A stretch of DNA of 32,000 nt from Coprobacillaceae bacterium. GTDB taxonomy: Bacteria; Bacillota_I; Bacilli_A; Erysipelotrichales; Coprobacillaceae. This document shows positions 1-7,179 of this stretch, in pieces. Each line of letters begins with the position of its first letter. Position 1 is the first letter of the stretch. Below the pieces are notes generated by a model. It made no database searches and was not told where the DNA came from. It saw only the letters and a program-made list of their open reading frames with translations. The stretch is from positions 1,770,001 to 1,802,000 of the forward strand of contig OY776328.1 of NCBI GenBank assembly GCA_963675515.1, in the 5' to 3' direction. Made by a program: the position numbers and the translations under genes.

Positions 1-2
1 CG

Positions 3-893
3 ATCGACAATGCCAGATACAAGGATTTGCGAGAAGCTTTGGAAAAGATGAAACTTTCGGATTCGTCATTGATTTTCGAGCCGGAAACATCACAAGCCTT
101 AGGTTTTGGTTTCCGTTGCGGATTTTTGGGATTGCTCCACATGGATGTCATCCAGGAAAGGCTGGAACGCGAATTTGACCTGGAACTTATTGCAACCGCT
201 CCATCAGTAAGCTATCATGTCTATTTGACTGACGGTTCAATGGTCGTTGTCGACAATCCTTCGCTTATGCCTGCGCCTCAGCTGATCAACCATATTCAAG
301 AGCCATATGTCAAGGCATCTATCATGGCACCTGACGAATACGTAGGGGCCATAATGGAACTTTGTCAAAACAAGCGTGGGGAGTACGTCGATATCAAATA
401 CATCGATGCGACGCGAAGAAACATTGTCTACAACTTGCCTTTGGCGGAGATTGTTTATGATTTCTTTGACAAACTCAAATCCTCAACCAAGGGTTATGCC
501 TCTTTTGATTATGAAATGATCGGTTATCGGACAAGCAAACTCCAAAAGATGGATATCATGCTCAACAGCGAAATTGTCGATGCCTTGTCGACCATTGTCC
601 ATAAGGATTTCGCTTACAACAAGGGCAAGGTCATCTGCGAAAAACTCAAGGAACTCATTCCTAGACAAATGTTCGAAGTGCCTGTCCAGGCGGCCCTGCA
701 AGGGAAGATTATCGCCCGGACAACTATCAAGGCGATGCGCAAGAACGTCCTTGCCAAATGTTACGGCGGTGACATTTCCCGCAAGAAGAAATTGTTAGAA
801 AAACAAAAAGAAGGTAAGAAACGAATGAAAGCGGTAGGGTCGGTGGAAATCCCCCAAGAAGCATTCATGGCTATCTTGTCTGTTGATGAATAA
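3..893 (+). CDS. lepA: Elongation factor 4 (LepA), C-terminal part; 5' end lies outside the window
   Basis: Frame is open from the window edge (frame 3) to TAA 891-893. The LepA C-terminal domain sequence is recognisable ([25 protein letters not shown]). A hairpin terminator follows. Confidence 0.95.
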   Translation: MDNARYKDLREALEKMKLSDSSLIFEPETSQALGFGFRCGFLGLLHMDVIQERLEREFDLELIATAPSVSYHVYLTDGSMVVVDNPSLMPAPQLINHIQEPYVKASIMAPDEYVGAIMELCQNKRGEYVDIKYIDATRRNIVYNLPLAEIVYDFFDKLKSSTKGYASFDYEMIGYRTSKLQKMDIMLNSEIVDALSTIVHKDFAYNKGKVICEKLKELIPRQMFEVPVQAALQGKIIARTTIKAMRKNVLAKCYGGDISRKKKLLEKQKEGKKRMKAVGSVEIPQEAFMAILSVDE

Positions 894-918
894 CTCGGTA
901 ACGAGTTATTTTTTTTTT
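891..918 (+). terminator. Rho-independent terminator of lepA
   Basis: 7-bp stem TAACTCG/CGAGTTA (891-897 / 902-908), 4-nt loop, then a T10 run at 909-918. Confidence 0.8.
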
Positions 919-930
919 ACAAGAATATAA

Positions 931-1009
931 AATCGAATTGCGCCGATTAAAAGTACGGTACTTATTGACTTAAAAGACTATATATATTATAATCTTTTCG
1001 AAAGAGGAG
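931..1009 (+). promoter_or_regulatory. Orphan sigma-A-type promoter with operator-like palindromes and a strong SD, but no downstream start codon
   Basis: TTGACT (965-970), 17-nt spacer, TATAAT (988-993). 13-nt palindrome AAGTAC-G-GTACTT (951-963) abuts the -35; AATCG/CGATT inverted repeat at 931-948. SD GAGGAG at 1004-1009. No ATG occurs anywhere in 894-1136. Confidence 0.5.
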
Positions 1010-1136
1010 CTAACTATATTTAAATCAAGTGTTTTTTGATAATTAGCTGAATTTATTGTTAGATTTTTGAAAAGTGAATTTGTGTACACTGAAAACAACC
1101 ACACAGTGGCCTTGGAATTTATTTTACAGTTGTAAA

Positions 1137-2306
1137 TTATTTGAGTTCCGATTCGTCAAACGTGATGTTTTCAGATAACAGTTTATAAATTACTCTTATT
1201 AGTTTTCTAATCGAATGTCCTTGAGCGCAGCGATGTGATTTACCTTGAGAACGTTTTAGGTTATAATAACTATTGAAAGTGGAGTTGTGGGTGCATACTG
1301 GAAGAATGCATTGGTAAAGTGTCTTTCTCAAATAACGTGAACCACGTTTTGACAAAGCAGTTTGTGGGGCGTTGTATTCTCCGGATTGATATGTTCCAGG
1401 ATCAACACCTGCAAAACCGATAACTTTAGCTGGGGAGCTAAAATTGTCGAGATCCCCAATTTCACTTAATATTGACATTCCTGAGTATATACCAATGCCA
1501 GGGATAGTAAAGATAGGAGAATTTAGTGCGATGGCTAGTTCTTCTATTTTTTTATCCACTATTTCCAAGTGCTGCTCAGATAAATCAAGGGATTCAATAA
1601 GCATTTTGATTTCCATGGTAATTATTTCGTTGTTCTCGCCGATTGATTGTTTAGCTGCTTCGCGAATTGCCAAGGCATCAACCTTCACAGTTCTACCTTT
1701 TCCTTGTTGCCGCAAGACATTTTTAAGATGAGCAAGATTGGCATTGGCTAGATTGTATGAGTTCCCAAACTCTCTTAAAATAGCCATGTAAGCCCGAGAA
1801 TACTTGGTTTTGAACCAACTGTTTATTTCAGGAATTACGGTATCAATGCACTTTTGAAGTCTGTTTTTAAGCTGGTTGATATCTTCAGTAAGTGTTGCGT
1901 GATACCGGGTAAGTTCTTTGGCTTGTTTCAATGCCAACTTGCGTTTTGTAACCTTGGTGTAGTTCTTGTCGAACAGCACAGAGCAGATCAGGAAAGTATC
2001 TTTCTTATCGTTTTTGGTCTTCCTGATTTTTCCACGACGCTTGGCATCAGTTGTCAAAGGATTTATCATCCCGACTTCGTAGCTGTTTGATACTAGAAAA
2101 TTTACGATATTGTCACCGTAGTGACCTGTCGCCTCTAGTCCGACAATATGCCTTGAAGAATTGAATTTTCTTGTGTTTTTAAGAAATAAGTCAAATCCAT
2201 TACGGCTATTGGTGAAGAAAAAAGGTTCGACCAACACTTCGCCATTTGAGTCAACAACGCAGGCACAGTGTTTGAATTTACCTACGTCAATACCGATGTA
2301 ATACAT
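1137..2306 (-). CDS. IS110-family DEDD transposase/recombinase (389 aa)
   Basis: Real start is MYYIGIDVGK at 2306, with SD AAAGGA upstream. The ORF-track N-terminal extension to 2390 has no support. Motifs: IGIDVGK, GLEATGHY, KTKNDKKDT, IPGIGIYSGMSILSEIGD, ALSKRGSRYLRKTL (conserved Ser region). Confidence 0.93.
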   Translation of the reverse strand: MYYIGIDVGKFKHCACVVDSNGEVLVEPFFFTNSRNGFDLFLKNTRKFNSSRHIVGLEATGHYGDNIVNFLVSNSYEVGMINPLTTDAKRRGKIRKTKNDKKDTFLICSVLFDKNYTKVTKRKLALKQAKELTRYHATLTEDINQLKNRLQKCIDTVIPEINSWFKTKYSRAYMAILREFGNSYNLANANLAHLKNVLRQQGKGRTVKVDALAIREAAKQSIGENNEIITMEIKMLIESLDLSEQHLEIVDKKIEELAIALNSPIFTIPGIGIYSGMSILSEIGDLDNFSSPAKVIGFAGVDPGTYQSGEYNAPQTALSKRGSRYLRKTLYQCILPVCTHNSTFNSYYNLKRSQGKSHRCAQGHSIRKLIRVIYKLLSENITFDESELK

Positions 2307-2556
2307 GATAACACGTCCTTTCGTAATAGGTGAGATGTGATATATCCACATACAAGGTATCAAAGATCCTGGTGCAAAATACAAGTTCAAAGACTTATCT
2401 AACTAATTTCAATTCAGATACGAAGATGTGGCAATTTCCTCCTCGAGGTAGTCAAGCTACAGGAATAAAACATCAAAGTACACATTCACAATTCAATTCT
2501 ATAACAAAAATAAAAGAAAGGAAAATGTATATCATAAATTGACTACTAGATAAGTC
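2307..2556 (-). ncRNA. Candidate IS110 bridge/seek guide RNA in the untranslated leader upstream of the transposase (hypothetical)
   Basis: At least 190 nt upstream of the transposase has no credible ORF. It contains local stems (ATGTG/CACAT, TTCCT/AGGAA), AATT(T)CAATTC direct repeats (2405-2415, 2490-2499) and a 10-nt inverted match (2392-2401 vs 2547-2556). The family is known to encode such an RNA. No covariance model was run. Confidence 0.25.
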
Positions 2557-2574
2557 ATTTATAATATACCAGGA
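2503..2574 (+). repeat. 72-bp promoter+SD cassette, copy A (upstream of GH1); 64/72 identical to 14473-14544
   Basis: Ungapped alignment by eye. -35 TTGACT at 2539-2544; -10 TATAAT at 2560-2565 or TAATAT at 2562-2567. Ends in AGGA 6 nt before ATG 2580. Confidence 0.75.
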
Positions 2575-2579
2575 TTATT

Positions 2580-3977
2580 ATGACTTATAAATTACCAGAA
2601 GATTTTTTCTTTGGCGCTGCAATGAGCGGTCCCCAAACCGAAGGCGCTTATAATATCGAGGGGCGACTGCGTTCTTATTGGGATATGACATCCGATCTGG
2701 AGATCAACAATTTTTTCAACAATGTCGGATCATATGTTGGAAACGACATGTATCACCGCTACGAAGAAGACATCAAAGTCTTGAAAAGCTTGAACTTCAA
2801 GTCATTTAGAACTTCGATGCAATGGACAAGACTGGTCGACCGGGACGGAAAGCTGAATCCGGCCGGTGCTGCCTGGTACCATAAGCTGATTGACTGTGCC
2901 AATGATAATGGAATTGATATTTACATGAACATGTACCATTTCGACATGCCTGAATACCTATATCAAAAAGGGGGATGGGCCAACCGGGAAATAGTCGAAG
3001 CATATGCAAACTTCGTCAAAATTGCGATGGAGGAATTCGGTCACAAGATAAAATATTGGTTTACTTTCAATGAACCGATTGTTGAGCCTGAACAACAATA
3101 TCTTCACGGAAATTGGTATCCGTATGTAAAGGATTTTGCGACTTCAATAAAGGTCCAATACAACATCACTCTTGCTCATAGCTTGGCAGTGTACAACTAC
3201 CGCAAATTGAAAGCGGCAAATAAGATCGCCAATGATGCGAAGATCGGGATGATAAACTGCTTTGCGCCGCCTTACACCAAACCTGACCCGACTCCTGAGG
3301 ATTTGGAAGCAGTCAGGATGACTGACGGTCTTCACAATCGCTGGTGGCTCGACGTTGTAGCTCACGGTCACCTGCCTGAAGATGTTATCGACACAGTGGA
3401 AAACAAATGGAACATCGATATGGGACGGCGTCCTGGTGACGAAGATATCCTGGCTCAGGGAATTGTTGACTGGCTGGGATTCAACTATTATCAGCCAACC
3501 AGGGTACAGGCCCCTGAACGCGAATTTGACGAGTCCGGAAACCCAATGATCGCCCAGCCTTATATCTGGCCAGAACGCAAGATGAATGTTCACCGCGGTT
3601 GGGAAATCTACCCTCAAGGCATCTATGATTTTGGAATGAAAATCAAAAAGGAATGTCCTAATCTGCCGTTCTTCATTTCCGAAAACGGAATGGGTGTCGA
3701 AGGCGAAGAACAATACTATCAAGATGGGGTTATCCAGGATGACTACCGGATCGAGTTTGTCCGTGACCACCTGATCTGGATTGTAAAATCGATTGAAGAT
3801 GGGGCAAATTGCCTTGGATACCATTATTGGGGTGTCATCGACAACTGGTCTTGGTACAACGCATTCAAGAACCGTTACGGGTTTGTCCGCGTCTGCCTTG
3901 ACAAAGGATACCAGAGAGAAGAGAAGAAATCGGCTCAATGGATCCGGGAGATTGCATTAAATAATGAATTCGAATAA
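2580..3977 (+). CDS. Glycoside hydrolase family 1, 6-phospho-beta-glucosidase-like (465 aa)
   Basis: Acid/base motif FTFNEP, nucleophile motif ISENGMG, C-terminal WSWYNAFKNRYGFV typical of phospho-beta-glycosidases. No PTS or antiterminator gene lies alongside. Confidence 0.92.
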   Translation: MTYKLPEDFFFGAAMSGPQTEGAYNIEGRLRSYWDMTSDLEINNFFNNVGSYVGNDMYHRYEEDIKVLKSLNFKSFRTSMQWTRLVDRDGKLNPAGAAWYHKLIDCANDNGIDIYMNMYHFDMPEYLYQKGGWANREIVEAYANFVKIAMEEFGHKIKYWFTFNEPIVEPEQQYLHGNWYPYVKDFATSIKVQYNITLAHSLAVYNYRKLKAANKIANDAKIGMINCFAPPYTKPDPTPEDLEAVRMTDGLHNRWWLDVVAHGHLPEDVIDTVENKWNIDMGRRPGDEDILAQGIVDWLGFNYYQPTRVQAPEREFDESGNPMIAQPYIWPERKMNVHRGWEIYPQGIYDFGMKIKKECPNLPFFISENGMGVEGEEQYYQDGVIQDDYRIEFVRDHLIWIVKSIEDGANCLGYHYWGVIDNWSWYNAFKNRYGFVRVCLDKGYQREEKKSAQWIREIALNNEFE

Positions 3978-3998
3978 GTCCTTTCAAGGACTTTTTTG
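3977..3998 (+). terminator. Rho-independent terminator after GH1
   Basis: AGTCC(TT)/(AA)GGACT stem at 3977-3992 followed by a T6 run. Confidence 0.7.
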
Positions 3999-4034
3999 TT
4001 ATTTTCACATAATGCGGTTTCTTGTTTAATATCA

Positions 4035-4063
4035 TTTACTTGAATCGGCAATTAAGTTATAAT
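4035..4063 (+). promoter_or_regulatory. Putative sigma-A promoter of the PBP gene
   Basis: TTTACT (4035-4040), 17-nt spacer, TATAAT (4058-4063). Confidence 0.4.
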
Positions 4064-4079
4064 TATTGACGGTGATAGA

Positions 4080-6170
4080 ATGAAAATGAAATTGAAAAAA
4101 CCTAAAGATCATGTGTTTGAGGGAATATCCCAGGCAAACTATGAAGAACGAACCAAAATCAACAATCTGGTAATATTCCGGCTGAAAGTGATTTTTGTAA
4201 TCGCCTTATGTCTGATTTTTACCCTGATATTCAGACTAGGCTATATCCAGTTGGTTAAAAGCGACCATTACTCTTTGGTCCTGGACACCTATGGCCGGGT
4301 CGTATATACCAATGATGCACCCCGGGGTAACATTGTCGATGTCAATTACACGACATTGGTATCCAACACAAACATAATCAATGTAACCTATTATAAGGGT
4401 GACCAGAAGAGTGTCCAGATTGATACCATTATCAATTTTTTGAGTGCGAATGTGGAATTCGATGATTCACAGATAACTTTGCGCGAAAAAAAGGATTATT
4501 ATATTTATTATTATAAAGACACCCTTGATGCAATTGTTTCTGCCAGTGAAAAAGAGGAGTTGAAGGCAAAGGATAGTGAAAATTATGACGACAACTACTA
4601 CAAGCTGCTTCTTGAAAGAATCGATGAAGATTTCTTGAATGAGAACATGACAAAGGATGAACTTGAAAAAGCCCGTCTTTCGTATATGATCAACTACACA
4701 AGCTCGTCATCTGTAATCATCTCGGATATTTCAATTGAGGAAGCAAGTCTGATAGCGTCCAATCTTGACATGCTTGAAGGGATTCAGGTTACCAAGGACT
4801 GGACCCGGGCCTACAATTACGACAGTGAATTCAAACAGGTTCTAGGCAAAGTGACAACAAAGAAACAGGGTCTTCCTTACGAAATCAAAGATGAGCTTTT
4901 GGCACTTGGCTATCCAAACGATGCCAGGGTTGGTGTTTCAGGTATCGAGCAGCAGTACGAAGACCTGCTCCGGGGAACCGATTCATCATACACCCTGACC
5001 TATGATGCGTACGGCAACTCAACCATCGACTACATTTCAAACGGTGCTTCAGGAGCGAATTTGCGTTTGACTGTTGATTGGCGACTGCAGCAGTATGCAG
5101 ATGAGCTCATAAAAAATGAGTTGGTGGAAAACAACTCAAGCAACCAGTATTTCAACAAGATGTTTTTGACACTGATGGATCCAAACGACGGGTCGATTCT
5201 TGCCATGAGCGGCCAGACAATCGACAAGGAGACCGGTGAGGTTTACGATTACTCTTCAGGCAATTATCTTGACGCCAACCTGATCGGTTCGACAATCAAA
5301 GGGTCATCGCTCTACATCGGATTCAAGTACGGGCTGATAGCTCCAAACACTTACCTTATGGACACGCCTATCAAGATCAAAGGCACCAAGGAAAAGTCTT
5401 CCTGGAAAAACATGGGTCTTATCAACGAGGTTGATGCAATGGCCATGTCATCAAACGTCTACATGTTCCGGATCGCCATGATGCTTGGCGGGGCCAACTA
5501 CGTTTATGGCGACGCGTTGTACATCAATCCTGAGGCCTTCGTTCAGGCACGTCTTTCGCAAGGGGAGCTGGGACTGGGTGTAAAGACACTGATTGACATC
5601 CCCAACGAGCAGCTCGGGTATGTCGGGTCATCGACAAGCCCTGGGTTCTTGCTAGATGAACTCATAGGCCAATATGATTCCTACACCATGATCCAGGTTG
5701 CACAGTATGTCAGTTCCCTGGCCAATGGCGGTTATCGGGTGCAGCCTCACTTTTTGAATGATGCATATGTTTACGATGACACCGGGGAAAAAATATTTGT
5801 TTATGAAAAACCTACCGAGATACTTGATGACGTTTCCGACCAGACCATCGCTTTTGAGCAAATCAAGGCCGGAATGGAAGCGTGCGTATCTCGCACCAGC
5901 GGGACTGCCTACTACTATTTTGCGGGAACATCCTACAAAGTGTACGCCAAAACAGGTACTGCCGAGGTATACGATTATCCCAGCAATGACGACCATCCAA
6001 ACCACTTGATTGTCGGTTATATAGTCGACGAGGCTGACAATCCGGTGCTATCCTTCGCCTGCTTCGCTTATCGGCAGGATGTCAACGTCTCGGGAAACTC
6101 TTCAACCCATTCCGCGGGCGATGTTGTCCGGGCTGTATTGGACAAGTACGTAGAATTATATGGAATTTAA
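4080..6170 (+). CDS. Class B penicillin-binding protein (transpeptidase), 696 aa
   Basis: N-terminal membrane anchor. SxxK = STIK, SxN = SSN, KTG = KTGTA. Confidence 0.9.
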   Translation: MKMKLKKPKDHVFEGISQANYEERTKINNLVIFRLKVIFVIALCLIFTLIFRLGYIQLVKSDHYSLVLDTYGRVVYTNDAPRGNIVDVNYTTLVSNTNIINVTYYKGDQKSVQIDTIINFLSANVEFDDSQITLREKKDYYIYYYKDTLDAIVSASEKEELKAKDSENYDDNYYKLLLERIDEDFLNENMTKDELEKARLSYMINYTSSSSVIISDISIEEASLIASNLDMLEGIQVTKDWTRAYNYDSEFKQVLGKVTTKKQGLPYEIKDELLALGYPNDARVGVSGIEQQYEDLLRGTDSSYTLTYDAYGNSTIDYISNGASGANLRLTVDWRLQQYADELIKNELVENNSSNQYFNKMFLTLMDPNDGSILAMSGQTIDKETGEVYDYSSGNYLDANLIGSTIKGSSLYIGFKYGLIAPNTYLMDTPIKIKGTKEKSSWKNMGLINEVDAMAMSSNVYMFRIAMMLGGANYVYGDALYINPEAFVQARLSQGELGLGVKTLIDIPNEQLGYVGSSTSPGFLLDELIGQYDSYTMIQVAQYVSSLANGGYRVQPHFLNDAYVYDDTGEKIFVYEKPTEILDDVSDQTIAFEQIKAGMEACVSRTSGTAYYYFAGTSYKVYAKTGTAEVYDYPSNDDHPNHLIVGYIVDEADNPVLSFACFAYRQDVNVSGNSSTHSAGDVVRAVLDKYVELYGI

Positions 6171-6243
6171 AAAAATGACTGGATTTTAGAATCTGGTTGT
6201 GCTAATATGTATCAGTAAGACTTATAAACAGGAGGTTAAAAAT

Positions 6244-6393
6244 ATGAGAGATAACGTTACTTTTAAATGTACTGAATGTGGTGAAGAAAACTACATCGGA
6301 ACTAAAAACAAAAGAAATCATCCAGAAAAAGTGGAAGTAAATAAATACTGTCCAAGATGTAATAAAAAAACAGTTCACAAAGAAAAAAAATAA
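6244..6393 (+). CDS. rpmG: 50S ribosomal protein L33, zinc-ribbon (4-Cys) form
   Basis: SD AGGAGG at 6230-6235, ATG at 6244. Sequence [17 protein letters not shown]...[12 protein letters not shown]. The ORF-track start at 6199 is an unsupported extension. Confidence 0.93.
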   Translation: MRDNVTFKCTECGEENYIGTKNKRNHPEKVEVNKYCPRCNKKTVHKEKK

Positions 6394-6415
6394 GCCACAT
6401 AATGGCTTATTTTTG
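6391..6415 (+). terminator. Rho-independent terminator after rpmG
   Basis: TAAGCCA/TGGCTTA stem (6391-6397 / 6403-6409) followed by a T run. Confidence 0.75.
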
Positions 6416-6460
6416 TTTAACGGGTTGTTTTTATAATCAAAAAAATAGAAGGGGGATACA

Positions 6461-7075
6461 ATGAAAATCAAGCGACTGATACTAGGAGCGATGGCAGTAA
6501 ACTGTTATGTCATATATGACGAATCGACCAGGCATTGTTTAATAATAGATCCAGGAGATATCGGGAAGAAAGTCAATAACTTCCTGATTGAAAATGAATT
6601 GCAGCCTTTGGCTATTTTGCTTACCCACAGCCATTTCGACCATATCGGGGCAGTTGACTATCTTGTCGAAAAGTATAAGATGCCGGTATATATCCACCCA
6701 GAAGGGATTGGTGCCGTGAATGATCCAGACATGAATCTGTCCAGACATTACAGCGCCATCTCTTTGACAGCCAAAATGACACCAAGCGACGAAATTCAAG
6801 AGATAGGCGAATTCAGTTTCGAATTCCTGCACATGCCCGGTCACACACCCGATTCTTGCATGATATATTTCAAGGATCAAAATGCACTGTTTTCAGGCGA
6901 TGTCCTTTTCAAAGGAGCGATAGGCCGTTATGATTTTCCCAACTCATCGCGCTTCGATACCCGCACCACAATTGACAAGATCAAGAAGATGGATTTCGAT
7001 GCCGTTGTCTATCCCGGCCATGGTGAACCGACAACTTTAAAAGAGGAACAAAAAACCAATTATTACTTGAACTAA
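6461..7075 (+). CDS. MBL-fold metallo-hydrolase (YqgX/glyoxalase II-like), 204 aa
   Basis: HSHFDH metal-binding motif, PGHTPDS, PGHG. Confidence 0.85.
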   Translation: MKIKRLILGAMAVNCYVIYDESTRHCLIIDPGDIGKKVNNFLIENELQPLAILLTHSHFDHIGAVDYLVEKYKMPVYIHPEGIGAVNDPDMNLSRHYSAISLTAKMTPSDEIQEIGEFSFEFLHMPGHTPDSCMIYFKDQNALFSGDVLFKGAIGRYDFPNSSRFDTRTTIDKIKKMDFDAVVYPGHGEPTTLKEEQKTNYYLN

Positions 7076-7099
7076 GCCGCTTGGCGGCTTTTTTATTTT
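7074..7099 (+). terminator. Rho-independent terminator after the MBL hydrolase
   Basis: AAGCCGC/GCGGCTT stem (7074-7080 / 7084-7090) followed by a T run. Confidence 0.8.
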
Positions 7100-7100
7100 A

Positions 7101-7137
7101 GTGACAAATCACAACCATCGTGTTATTATGATTATAG
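7101..7137 (+). promoter_or_regulatory. katG promoter with an overlapping PerR/Fur-type box
   Basis: GTGACA (7101-7106), 17-nt spacer, TATTAT (7124-7129). TTATTATGATTATAG (7123-7137) matches the B. subtilis Per box TTATAATNATTATAA at 12 of 14 specified positions. Confidence 0.45.
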
Positions 7138-7179
7138 ATAGCGCTTACATGTCGTGTATTGCACTGAAAGGAGTCATAT

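Larger units (their letters stand above)
1011..2574 (-). mobile_element. IS110-family insertion sequence. Its presence is certain but its ends are provisional (maximum span 926-2574; minimal core 1137-2306).
   Basis: Intact IS110-type transposase CDS. No terminal inverted repeats, as is typical of the family. Local GC (about 35%) is lower than the flanks I sampled. The favoured ends come from empty-site reconstruction: SD at 1004-1009 joined to ATG 2580 (see findings). Confidence 0.5.

Noticed and set aside
2307-2390. N-terminal extension of the transposase ORF (417 aa in the ORF track)
   Set aside because: The family-typical N-terminus MYYIGIDVGK starts at 2306 with its own SD. The extension has no homology-like features and would cover the leader.
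3144-3938. 264-aa ORF antisense to the GH1 gene
   Set aside because: It is in exact codon register with the sense gene (both codon phases are 0 mod 3). Its stops would therefore be sense TTA/CTA/TCA codons, which this gene simply avoids. It has no SD or promoter and its sequence is not protein-like.
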